The notes under the pieces were generated by a model that had not been told where the DNA came from, did not search any database, and saw only the letters and a list, made by a program, of their open reading frames with translations. From Nemertoderma westbladi (Eukaryota > Animalia > Xenacoelomorpha): a stretch of 64,000 nt of DNA. Each line of letters starts with the position of its first letter. Within the stretch, counting starts at the first letter, position 1. Location: positions 1-64,000 of the forward strand of contig JAUCBJ010006717.1 in the NCBI GenBank assembly GCA_032718475.1, given 5' to 3'. The position numbers and the translations under genes are program-made. This document shows positions 36,501 through 51,500 of this stretch, one piece after another.

Positions 36501-39500
36501 TGGAATGAACAATCAGAATGGAATTAACAATCAGAATGGAATGAACTATCAGAATGGAATGAACAACCAGTATGGAATGAACTATCAGAATGGAATGAAC
36601 TATCAGAATGGAATGAACAAATCAGAATGGAATGAACTATCAGAATGGAATGAACAATCAGAATGGAATGAACAATCAGAATGGAATGAACTATCAGAAT
36701 GGAATGAACAATCAGAATGGAATTAACAATCAGAATGGAATGAACTATCAGAATGGAATGAACTATCAGAATGGAATGAACTATCAGAATGGAATGAACA
36801 ATCAGAATGGAATGAACAATCAGTATGGAATGAACTATCAGAATGGAATGAACAATCAGAATGGAATTAACAATCAGAATGGAATGAACAATCAGAATGG
36901 AATGAACTATCAGAATGGAATGAACAATCAGAATGGAATTAACAATCAGAATGGAATGAACTATCAGAATGGAATGAACTATCAGAATGGAATGAACTAT
37001 CAGAATGGAATGAACAATCAGAATGGAATGAACTATCAGAATGGAATGAACTATCAGAATGGAATGAACTATCAGAATGGAATGAACTATCAGAATGGAA
37101 TGAACTATCAGAATGGAATGAACTATCAGAATGGAATTAACTATCAGAATGGAATGAACAATCAGAATGGAATTAACAATCAGAATGGAATGAACTATCA
37201 GAATGGAATGAACAAATCAGAATGGAATGAACTATCAGAATGGAATGAACTATCAGAATGGAATGAACTATCAGAATGGAATGAACTATCAGAATGGAAT
37301 GAACTATCAGAATGGAATGAACTATCAGAATGGAATGAACTATCAGAATGGAATGAACAATCAGAATGGAATTAACAATCAGAATGGAATTAACTATCAG
37401 AATGGAATGAACAAATCAGAATGGAATGAACTATCAGAATGGAATGAACTATCAGAATGGAATGAACTATCAGAATGGAATGAACTATCAGAATGGAATG
37501 AACTATCAGAATGGAATGAACTATCAGAATGGAATTAACTATCAGAATGGAATGAACAATCAGAATGGAATTAACAATCAGAATGGAATGAACTATCAGA
37601 ATGGAATGAACAACCAGTATGGAATGAATGAACTATCAGAATGGAATGAACTATCAGAATGGAATGAACTATCAGAATGGAATGAACTATCAGAATGGAA
37701 TGAACTATCAGAATGGAATGAACAATCAGAATGGAATTAACAATCAGAATGGAATGAACTATCAGAATGGAATGAACAAATCAGAATGGAATGAACTATC
37801 AGAATGGAATGAACTATCAGAATGGAATGAACTATCAGAATGGAATGAACTATCAGAATGGAATGAACTATCAGAATGGAATTAACTATCAGAATGGAAT
37901 GAACAATCAGAATGGAATTAACAATCAGAATGGAATGAACTATCAGAATGGAATGAACAACCAGTATGGAATGAACTATCAGAATGGAATGAACAATCAG
38001 AATGGAATGAACTATCAGAATGGAATTAACAATCAAAATGGAATGAACTATCAGAATGGAATTAACAATCAGAATGGAATGAACTATCAAAATGGAATGA
38101 ACTATCAGAATGGAATGAACTATCAGAATGGAATGAACAATCAGAATGGAATGAACTATCAGAATGGAATGAACAACCAGTATGGAATGAACTATCAGAA
38201 TGGAATGAACTATCAGAATGGAATGAACTATCAGAATGGAATGAACTATCAGAATGGAATGAACTATCAGAATGGAATTAACAATCAAAATGGAATGAAC
38301 TATCAGAATGGAATTAACAATCAGAATGGAATGAACTATCAAAATGGAATGAACTATCAGAATGGAATTAACAATCAGAATGGAATGAACTATCAAAATG
38401 GAATGAACTATCAGAATGGAATTAACAATCAGAATGGAATGAACTATCAAAATGGAATGAACTATCAGAATGGAATTAACAATCAGAATGGAATGAACTA
38501 TCAAAATGGAATGAACTATCAGAATGGAATTAACAATCAGAATGGAATGAACTATCAAAATGGAATGAACTATCAGAATGGAATTAACAATCAAAATGGA
38601 ATGAACTATCAGAATGGAATTAACAATCAGAATGGAATGAACTATCAAAATGGAATGAACTATCAGAATGGAATGAACTATCAGAATGGAATGAACAATC
38701 AGAATGTAATGAACTATCAGAATGGAATGAACTATCAGAATGGAATGAACAATCAGTATGGAATGAACTATCAGAATGGAATGAACAATCAGAATGGAAT
38801 TAACTATCAGAATGGAATGAACTATCAGAATGGAATTAACTATCAGAATGGAATGAACTATCAGAATGGAATGAACTATCAGAATGGAATGAACTATCAG
38901 AATGGAATGAACTATCAGAATGGAATGAACTATCAGAATGGAATGAACTATCAGAATGGAATGAATGAACTATCAGAATGGAATTAACAATCAGTATGGA
39001 ATGAACTATCAGAATGGAATGAACTATCAGAATGGAATGAACTATCAGAATGGAATGAACTATCAGAATGGAATGAACTATCAGAATGGAATGAACAATC
39101 AGAATGGAATGAACTATCAAAATGGAATGAACTATCAGAATGGAATGAACTATCAGAATGGAATGAACAATCAGAATGGAATGAACTATCAGAATGGAAT
39201 GAACTATCAGAATGGAATGAACTATCAGAATGGAATGAACTATCAGAATGGAATTAACAATCAGTATGGAATGAACTATCAGAATGGAATGAACTATCAG
39301 AATGGAATGAACTATCAGAATGGAATGAACTATCAGAATGGAATGAACTATCAGAATGGAATGAACAATCAGAATGGAATGAACTATCAAAATGGAATGA
39401 ACTATCAGAATGGAATGAACTATCAGAATGGAATGAACAATCAGAATGGAATGAACAATCAGAATGGAATGAACTATCAGAATGGAATGAACTATCAGAA

Positions 39501-42500
39501 TGGAATGAACAATCAGTATGGAATGAACTATCAGAATGGAATGAACTATCAGAATGGAATGAACTATCAGAATGGAATGAACTATCAGAATGGAATGAAC
39601 TATCAGAATGGAATGAACTATCAGAATGGAATGAACAATCAGAATGGAATGAACAATCAGAATGGAATGAACTATCAGAATGGAATTAACAATCAAAATG
39701 GAATGAACTATCAGAATGGAATGAACTATCAGAATGGAATGAACTATCAGAATGGAATGAACTATCAGAATGGAATGAATGAACTATCAGAATGGAATGA
39801 ACAACCAGTATGGAATGAACTATCAGAATGGAATGAATTAACAATCAGAATGGAATGAACTATCAGAATGGAATCAACAATCAGAATGGAATGAACTATC
39901 AGAATGGAATCAACAATCAGAATGGAATGAACTATCAGAATGGAATGAACTATCAGAATGGAATGAACTATCAGAATGGAATGAATTAACAATCAGAATG
40001 GAATGAACTATCAGAATGGAATCAACAATCAGAATGGAATGAACTATCAGAATGGAATGAACTATCAGAATGGAATGAACTATCAGAATGGAATGAATTA
40101 ACAATCAGAATGGAATGAACTATCAGAATGGAATCAACAATCAGAATGGAATGAACTATCAGAATGGAATCAACAATCAGAATGGAATGAACTATCAGAA
40201 TGGAATGAACTATCAGAATGGAATGAACTATCAGAATGGAATGAATTAACAATCAGAATGGAATGAACTATCAGAATGGAATCAACAATCAGAATGGAAT
40301 GAACTATCAGAATGGAATCAACAATCAGAATGGAATGAACTATCAGAATGGAATGAACTATCAGAATGGAATGAACTATCAGAATGGAATTAACAATCAG
40401 AATGGAATGAACTATCAGAATGGAATGAACAATCAGAATGGAATGAACAATCAGAATGGAATGAACTATCAGAATGGAATTAACAATCAAAATGGAATGA
40501 ACTATCAGAATGGAATGAACTATCAGAATGGAATGAACTATCAGAATGGAATGAACTATGAGAATGGAATGAATGAACTATCAGAATGGAATGAACTATC
40601 AGAATGGAATTAACAATCAGTATGGAATGAACTATCAGAATGGAATGAACTATCAGAATGGAATGAACTATCAGAATGGAATTAACAATCAGAATGGAAT
40701 GAACTATCAGAATGAAATGAACTATCAGAATGGAATGAACTATCAGAATGGAATGAACTATCAGAATGGAATGAATGAACTATCAGAATGGAATGAACTA
40801 TCAGAATGGAATGAATTATCAGAATGGAATGAATTAACAATCAGAATGGAATGAATTAACAATCAGAATGGAATGAACTATCAGAATGGAATCAACAATC
40901 AGAATGGAATGAACTATCAGAATGGAAATGAACTATCAGAATGGAATGAACTATCAGAATGGAATGAACTATCAGAATGGAATGAACTATCAGAATGGAA
41001 TGAACAATCAGAATGGAATGAACTATAAAAATGGAATGAATGAACTATCAGAATGGAATGAACTATCAGAATGGAATGAACTATCAGAATGGAATGAACT
41101 ATCAGAATGGAATGAATGAACTATCAGAATGGAATGAACTATCAGAATGGAATGAATTAACAATCAGAATGGAATGAACTATCAGAATGGAATCAACAAT
41201 CAGAATGGAATGAACTATCAGAATGGAATGAACTATCAGAATGGAATGAACTATCAGAATGGAATTAACAATCAGAATGGAATGAACTATCAGAATGGAA
41301 TGATCTATCAGAATGGAATGAACTATCAGAATGGAACGAATTAACAATCAGAATGGAATGAACTATCAGAATGGAATCAACAATCAGAATGGAATGAACT
41401 ATCAGAATGGAATGAACTATCAGAATGGAATGATCTATCAGAATGGAATGAACTATCAGAATGGAATGAACTATCAGAATGGAATGAACTATCAGAATGG
41501 AATGAATTAACAATCAGAATGGAATGAACTATCAGAATGGAATCAACAATCAGAATGGAATGATCTATCAGAATGGAATGAACTATCAGAATGGAATGAA
41601 CTATCAGAATGGAATGAACTATCAGAATGGAATGAATTAACAATCAGAATGGAATGAACTATCAGAATGGAATCAACAATCAGAATGGAATGATCTATCA
41701 GAATGGAATGAACTATCAGAATGGAATGAACTATCAGAATGGAATGAATTAACAATCAGAATGGAATGAACTATCAGAATGGAATCAACAATCAGAATGG
41801 AATGAACTATCAGAATGGAATGAACAATCAGAATGGAATGAACTATCAGAATGGAATGAATTAACAATCAGAATGGAATGAACTATCAGAATGGAATCAA
41901 CAATCAGAATGGAATGAACTATCAGAATGGAATGAACTATCAGAATGGAATGAACTATCAGAATGGAATGAATTAACAATCAGAATGGAATGAACTATCA
42001 GAATGGAATCAACAATCAGAATGGAATGATCTATCAGAATGGAATGAACTATCAGAATGGAATGAACTATCAGAATGGAATGAATTAACAATCAGAATGG
42101 AATGAACTATCAGAATGGAATCAACAATCAGAATGGAATGAACTATCAGAATGGAATGAACTATCAGAATGGAATGATCTATCAGAATGGAATGAATTAA
42201 CAATCAGAATGGAATGAACTATCAGAATGGAATGAACAATCAGAATGGAATGAACTATCAGAATGGAATGAACTATCAGAATGGAATGAACTATCAGTAT
42301 GGAATGAACAATCAGAATGGAATGAACTATCAGAATGGAATGAACTATCAGAATGGAATGAACTATCAGAATGGAATTAACTATCAGAATGGAATCAACA
42401 ATCAGAATGGAATGAACTATCAGAATGGAATGAACTATCAGTATGGAATGAACAATCAGAATGGAATGAACTATCAGAATGGAATGAACTATCAGAATGG

Positions 42501-45500
42501 AATGAACTATCAGAATGGAATTAACTATCAGAATGGAATCAACAATCAGAATGGAATGAACTATCAGAATGGAATGAACTATCAGAATGGAATGATCTAT
42601 CAGAATGGAATGAATTAACAATCAGAATGGAATGAACTATCAGAATGGAATGAACTATCAGAATGGAATGAACTATCAGAATGGAATTAACTATCAGAAT
42701 GGAATCAACAATCAGAATGGAATGATCTATCAGAATGGAATGAACTATCAGAATGGAATGAACTATCAGAATGGAATGAACTATCAGAATGGAATGAATT
42801 AACAATCAGAATGGAATGAACTATCAGAATGGAATCAACAATCAGAATGGAATGAACTATCAGAATGGAATGATCTATCAGAATGGAATGAACTATCAGA
42901 ATGGAATGAATTAACAATCAGAATGGAATGAACTATCAGAATGGAATCAACAATCAGAATGGAATGAACTATCAGAATGGAATGAATTAACAATCAGAAT
43001 GGAATGAACTATCAGAATGGAATCAACAATCAGAATGGAATGAACTATCAGAATGGAATGAACTATCAGAATGGAATGAACTATCAGAATGGAATGAATT
43101 AACAATCAGAATGGAATGAACTATCAGAATGGAATCAACAATCAGAATGGAATGATCTATCAGAATGGAATGAACTATCAGAATGGAATGAACTATCAGA
43201 ATGGAATGAACTATCAGAATGGAATGAATTAACAATCAGAATGGAATGAACTATCAGAATGGAATCAACAATCAGAATGGAATGAACTATCAGAATGGAA
43301 TGAACTATCAGAATGGAATGATCTATCAGAATGGAATGAACTATCAGAATGGAATGAACTATCAGAATGGAATGAACTATCAGAATGGAATTAACAATCA
43401 GAATGGAATGAACTATCAGAATGGAATGAACTATCAGAATGGAATGAATTAACAATCAGAATGGAATGAACTATCAGAATGGAATCAACAATCAGAATGG
43501 AATGAACTATCAGAATGGAATGAACTATCAGAATGGAATGATCTATCAGAATGGAATGAACTATCAGAATGGAATGAACTATCAGAATGGAATGAACTAT
43601 CAGAATGGAATTAACAATCAGAATGGAATTAACAATCAGAATGGAATGAACTATCAGAATGGAATGAACTATCAGAATGGAATTAACAATCAGAATGGAA
43701 TGAACTATCAGAATGGAATGAACTATCAGAATGGAATGAACTATCAGAATGGAATGAATGAACTATCAGAATGGAATGAATTAACAATCAGAATGGAATG
43801 AACAATCAGAATGGAATCAACAATCAGAATGGAATGAACTATCAGAATGGAATGAACTATCAGAATGGAATTATCTATCAGAATGGAATGAACTATCAGA
43901 ATGGAATCAACAATCAGAATGGAATGAACTATCAGAATGGAATGAACTATCAGAATGGAATGAACTATCAGAATGGAATGAACTATCAGAATGGAATGAA
44001 TGAACTATCAGAATGGAATGAACTATCAGAATGGAATCAACAATCAGAATGGAATGAACTATCAGAATGGAATGAACAATCAGAATGGAATGAACTATCA
44101 GAATGGAATTAACTATCAGAATTGAATGAACTATCAGAATGGAATGAACTATCAGAATGGAATGAACAATCAGAATGGAATGAACTATCAGAATGGAATT
44201 AACTATCAGAATTGAATGAACTATCAAAATGGAATGAACAATCAGTATGGAATGAATGAACTATCAGAATGGAATGAACTATCAGAATGGAATCAACAAT
44301 CAGAATGGAATGAACTATCAGAATGGAATGAACAATCAGAATGGAATGAACTATCAGAATGGAATGATCTATCAGAATGGAATGAACTATCAGAATGGAA
44401 TGAACTATCAGAATGGAATGAACTATCAGAATGGAATGAATTAACAATCAGAATGGAATGAACTATCAGAATGGAATGAACTATCAGAATGGAATGAACT
44501 ATCAGAATGGAATTAACAATCAGAATGGAATGAACAATCAGAATGGAATGAACTATCAGAATGGAATGATCTATCAGAATGGAATGAACAATCTGAATGG
44601 AATGAACTATCAGAATGGAATGAACTATCAGAATGGAATGAACTATCAGAATGGAATCAACAATCAGAATGGAATGAACTATCAGAATGGAATGAACTAT
44701 CAGAATGGAATGAACTATCAGAATGGAATGAACTATCAGAATGGAATGAACTATCAGAATGGAATGAACTATCAGAATGGAATTAACAATCAGAATGGAA
44801 TGAACAATCAGAATGGAATCAACAATCAGAATGGAATGAACTATCAGAATGGAATGAACTATCAGAATGGAATGAACTATCAGAATGGAATGAACAATCA
44901 GAATGGAATGAACTATCAGAATGGAATGATCTATCAGAATGGAATGAACTATCAGAATGGAATGAACTATCAGAATGGAATGAACTATCAGAATGGAATG
45001 AATTAACAATCAGAATGGAATGAACTATCAGAATGGAATGAACTATCAGAATGGAATGAACTATCAGAATGGAATTAACAATCAGAATGGAATGAACAAT
45101 CAGAATGGAATGAACTATCAGAATGGAATGATCTATCAGAATGGAATGAACAATCAGAATGGAATGAACTATCAGAATGGAATGAACTATCAGAATGGAA
45201 TGAACTATCAGAATGGAATCAACAATCAGAATGGAATGAACTATCAGAATGGAATGAACTATCAGAATGGAATTAACAATCAGAATGGAATGAACAATCA
45301 GAATGGAATCAACAATCAGAATGGAATGAACTATCAGAATGGAATGAACTATCAGAATGGAATCAACAATCAGAATGGAATGAACTATCAGAATGGAATG
45401 AACTATCAGAATGGAATGAACTATCAGAATGGAATGAACTATCAGAATGGAATGAACTATCAGAATGGAATGAACAATCAGAATGGAATGAACTATCAGA

Positions 45501-48500
45501 ATGGAATTAACTATCAGAATTGAATGAACTATCAGAATGGAATGAACTATCAGAATGGAATGAACAATCAGAATGGAATGAACTATCAGAATGGAATTAA
45601 CTATCAAAATTGAATGAACTATCAAAATGGAATGAACAATCAGTATGGAATGAATGAACTATCAGAATGGAATGAACTATCAGAATGGAATCAACAATCA
45701 GAATGGAATGAACTATCAGAATGGAATGAACTATCAGAATGGAATGAACAATCAGAATGGAATGAACTATCAGAATGGAATGATCTATCAGAATGGAATG
45801 AACTATCAGAATGGAATGAACTATCAGAATGGAATGAACTATCAGAATGGAATGAACAATCAGAATGGAATGAACTATCAGAATGGAATTAACTATCAGA
45901 ATTGAATGAACTATCAAAATGGAATGAACAATCAGTATGGAATGAATGAACTATCAGAATGGAATGAACTATCAGAATGGAATCAACAATCAGAATGGAA
46001 TGAACTATCAGAATGGAATGAACAATCAGAATGGAATGAACTATCAGAATGGAATGATCTATCAGAATGGAATGAACTATCAGAATGGAATGAACTATCA
46101 GAATGGAATGAACTATCAGAATGGAATGAATTAACAATCAGAATGGAATGAACTATCAGAATGGAATGAACTATCAGAATGGAATGAACTATCAGAATGG
46201 AATTAACAATCAGAATGGAATGAACAATCAGAATGGAATGAACTATCAGAATGGAATGATCTATCAGAATGGAATGAACAATCAGAATGGAATGAACTAT
46301 CAGAATGGAATGAACTATCAGAATGGAATGAACTATCAGAATGGAATCAACAATCAGAATGGAATGAACTATCAGAATGGAATGAACTATCAGAATGGAA
46401 TGAACTATCAGAATGGAATGAACTATCAGAATGGAATGAACTATCAGAATGGAATGAACTATCAGAATGGAATTAACAATCAGAATGGAATGAACAATCA
46501 GAATGGAATCAACAATCAGAATGGAATGAACTATCAGAATGGAATGAACTATCAGAATGGAATGAACTATCAGAATGGAATGAACTATCAGAATGGAATG
46601 AACTATCAGAATGGAATGAACTATCAGAATGGAATGAACTATCAGAATGGAATTAACAATCAGAATGGAATGAACAATCAGAATGGAATGAACTATCAGA
46701 ATGGAATGATCTATCAGAATGGAATGAACAATCAGAATGGAATGAACTATCAGAATGGAATGAACTATCAGAATGGAATTAACAATCAGTATGGAATGAA
46801 TGAACTATCAGAATGGAATGAACTATCAGAATGGAATGAACTATCAAAATGGAATGAACAATCAGTATGGAATGAATGAACTATCAGAATGGAATGAACT
46901 ATCAGAATGGAATCAACAATCAGAATGGAATGAACTATCAGAATGGAATGATCTATCAGAATGGAATGAACTATCAGAATGGAATGAACTATCAGAATGG
47001 AATGAACTATCAGAATGGAATGAACTATCAGAATGGAATGAACTATCAGAATGGAATGAACTATCAGAATGGAATGAACTATCAGAATGGAATGAACTAT
47101 CAGAATGGAATGAACTATCAGAATGGAATGAACTATCAGAATGGAATGAACAATCAGAATGAAATGAACTATCAGAATGGAATGAACTATCAGAATGGAA
47201 TGAACTATCAGAATGGAATCAACAATCAGAATGGAATGAACTATCAGAATGGAATGATCTATCAGAATGGAATGAACTATCAGAATGGAATGAACTATCA
47301 GAATGGAATGAACTATCAGAATGGAATGAACTATCAGAATGGAATGAACTATCAGAATGGAATGATCTATCAGAATGGAATGAACTATCAGAATGGAATG
47401 ATCTATCAGAATGGAATGAATGAACTATCAGAATGGAATGAACTATCAGAATGGAATGAACTATCAGAATGGAATGAACAATCAGAATGAAATGAACTAT
47501 CAGAATGGAATGAACAATCAGAATGGAATGAACTATCAGAATGGAATTAACAATCAGTATGGAATGAATGAACTATCAGAATGGAATGAACTATCAGAAT
47601 GGAATCAACAATCAGAATGGAATGAACAATCAGAATGGAATGAACTATCAGAATGGAATTAACAATCAGTATGGAATGAATGAACTATCAGAATGGAATG
47701 AACTATCAGAATGGAATGAACTATCAGAATGGAATGAACTATCAGAATGGAATGAACTATCAGAATGGAATGAACTATCAGAATGGAATGAACTATCAGA
47801 ATGGAATGAACTATCAGAATGGAATGAACTATCAGAATGGAATGAACTATCAGAATGGAATGAACTATCAGAATGGAATGAACTATCAGAATGGAATGAA
47901 CAATCAGAATGGAATGAACAATCAGAATGGAATGAACAATCAGAATGGAATTAACAATCAGAATGGAATGAACTATCAGAATGGAATGAACTATCAGAAT
48001 GGAATGAACTATCAGAATGGAATGAACTATCAGAATGGAATGAACTATCAGAATGGAATGAACTATCAGAATGGAATTAACTATCAGAATGGAATGAACT
48101 ATCAGAATGGAATGAACTATCAGAATGGAATCAACAATCAGAATGGAATGAACTATCAGAATGGAAATGAACTATCAGAATGGAATGAACTATCAGAATG
48201 GAATGAACTATCAGAATGGAATGAACTATCAGAATGGAATGAACTATCAGAATGGAATGAACTATCAGAATGGAATGAACTATCAGAATGGAATCAACAA
48301 TCAGAATGGAATGAACTATCAGAATGGAATCAACAATCAGAATGGAATGAACTATCAGAATGGAAATGAACTATCAGAATGGAATGAACTATCAGAATGG
48401 AATGAACTATCAGAATGGAATGAACTATCAGAATGGAATGAACTATCAGAATGGAATTAACTATCAGAATGGAATGAACTATCAGAATGGAATGAACTAT

Positions 48501-51500
48501 CAGAATGGAATCAACAATCAGAATGGAATGAACTATCAGAATGGAAATGAACTATCAGAATGGAATGAACTATCAGAATGGAATGAACTATCAGAATGGA
48601 ATGAACTATCAGAATGGAATGAACAATCAGAATGGAATGAACTATAAAAATGGAATGAACTATCAGAATGGAATGAACTATCAGAATGGAATCAACAATC
48701 AGAATGGAATGAACTATCAGAATGGAAATGAACTATCAGAATGGAATTAACTATCAGAATGGAATGAACTATCAGAATGGAATGAACTATCAGAATGGAA
48801 TGAACTATCAGAATGGAATGAACTATCAGAATGGAATGAACTATCAGAATGGAATCAACAATCAGAATGGAATGAACTATCAGAATGGAAATGAACTATC
48901 AGAATGGAATGAACTATCAGAATGGAATGAACTATCAGAATGGAATGAACTATCAGAATGGAATCAACAATCAGAATGGAATGAACTATCAGAATGGAAT
49001 GAACTATCAGAATGGAATCAACAATCAGAATGGAATGAACTATCAGAATGGAAATGAACTATCAGAATGGAATGAACTATCAGAATGGAATGAACTATCA
49101 GAATGGAATGAACTATCAGAATGGAATGAACAATCAGAATGGAATGAACTATAAAAATGGAATGAATGAACTATCAGAATGGAATGAACTATCAGAATGG
49201 AATGAACTATCAGAATGGAATGAACTATCAGAATGGAATGAATGAACTATCAGAATGGAATGAACTATCAGAATGGAATGAATTAACAATCAGAATGGAA
49301 TGAACTATCAGAATGGAATCAACAATCAGAATGGAATGAACTATCAGAATGGAATGAACTATCAGAATGGAATGAACTATCAGAATGGAATTAACAATCA
49401 GAATGGAATGAACTATCAGAATGGAATGATCTATCAGAATGGAATGAACTATCAGAATGGAACGAATTAACAATCAGAATGGAATTAATGAACTATCAGA
49501 ATGGAATGAACTATCAGAATGGAATGAACTATCAGAATGGAATGAACTATCAGAATGGAATGAACTATCAGAATGGAATGAACTATCAGAATGGAATGAA
49601 CAATCAGAATGGAATGAACTATCAGAATGGAATGAACTATCAGAATGGAATGAACTATCAGAATGGAATGAACTATCAGAATGGAATGAACTATCAGAAT
49701 GGAATGAACTATCAGAATGGAATTAACAATCAGAATGGAATTAATGAACTATCAGAATGGAATGAACTATCAGAATGGAATGAACTATCAGAATGGAATG
49801 AACTATCAGAATGGAATGAACTATCAGAATGGAATGAACTATCAGAATGGAATGAACTATCAGAATGGAATGAACTATCAGAATGGAATGAATGAACTAT
49901 CAGAATGGAATGAATTAACAATCAGAATGGAATGAACAATCAGAATGGAATCAACAATCAGAATGGAATGAACTATCAGAATGGAATGAACTATCAGAAT
50001 GGAATTATCTATCAGAATGGAATGAACTATCAGAATGGAATCAACAATCAGAATGGAATGAACTATCGAAATGGAATGAACTATCAGAATGGAATGAACT
50101 ATCAGAATGGAATGAACAATCAGAATGGAATGAACTATCAGAATGGAATTAACTATCAGAATTGAATGAACTATCAGAATGGAATGAATTAACAATCAGA
50201 ATGGAATGAACTATCAGAATGGAATCAACAATCAGAATGGAATGAACTATCAGAATGGAATGAACTATCAGAATGGAATGAACTATCAGAATGGAATGAA
50301 CTATCAGAATGGAATGAACTATCAGAATGGAATGAACTATCAGAATGGAATGAACTATCAGAATGGAATTAACAATCAGAATGGAATGAACAATCAGAAT
50401 GGAATGAACTATCAGAATGGAATGATCTATCAGAATGGAATGAACAATCAGAATGGAATGAACTATCAGAATGGAATGAACTATCAGAATGGAATGAACT
50501 ATCAGAATGGAATGAACTATCAGAATGGAATGAACTATCAGAATGGAATGAACTATCAGAATGGAATGAACTATCAGAATGGAATTAACAATCAGTATGG
50601 AATGAATGAACTATCAGAATGGAATGAACTATCAGAATGGAATGAACTATCAAAATGGAATGAACAATCAGTATGGAATGAATGAACTATCAGAATGGAA
50701 TGAACTATCAGAATGGAATCAACAATCAGAATGGAATGAACTATCAGAATGGAATGATCTATCAGAATGGAATGAACTATCAGAATGGAATGAACTATCA
50801 GAATGGAATGAACTATCAGAATGGAATGAATTAACAATCAGAATGGAATGAACTATCAGAATGGAATCAACAATCAGAATGGAATGAACTATCAGAATGG
50901 AATGAACTATCAGAATGGAATGAACTATCAGAATGGAATGAACTATCAGAATGGAATGAACTATCAGAATGGAATGAACTATCAGAATGGAATGAACTAT
51001 CAGAATGGAATTAACAATCAGAATGGAATGAACAATCAGAATGGAATGAACTATCAGAATGGAATGATCTATCAGAATGGAATGAACAATCAGAATGGAA
51101 TGAACTATCAGAATGGAATGAACTATCAGAATGGAATTAACAATCAGTATGGAATGAATGAACTATCAGAATGGAATGAACTATCAGAATGGAATGAACT
51201 ATCAAAATGGAATGAACAATCAGTATGGAATGAATGAACTATCAGAATGGAATGAACTATCAGAATGGAATCAACAATCAGAATGGAATGAACTATCAGA
51301 ATGGAATGAATAATCAGAATGGAATGAACTATCAGAATGGAATTAACTATCAGAATGGAATGAACTATCAGAATGGAATGAACTATCAGAATGGAATTAA
51401 CAATCAGAATGGAATAAACTATCAGAATGGAATGAACTATCAGAATGGAATGAACTATCAGAATGGAATGAACTATCAGAATGGAATGAACAATCAGAAT

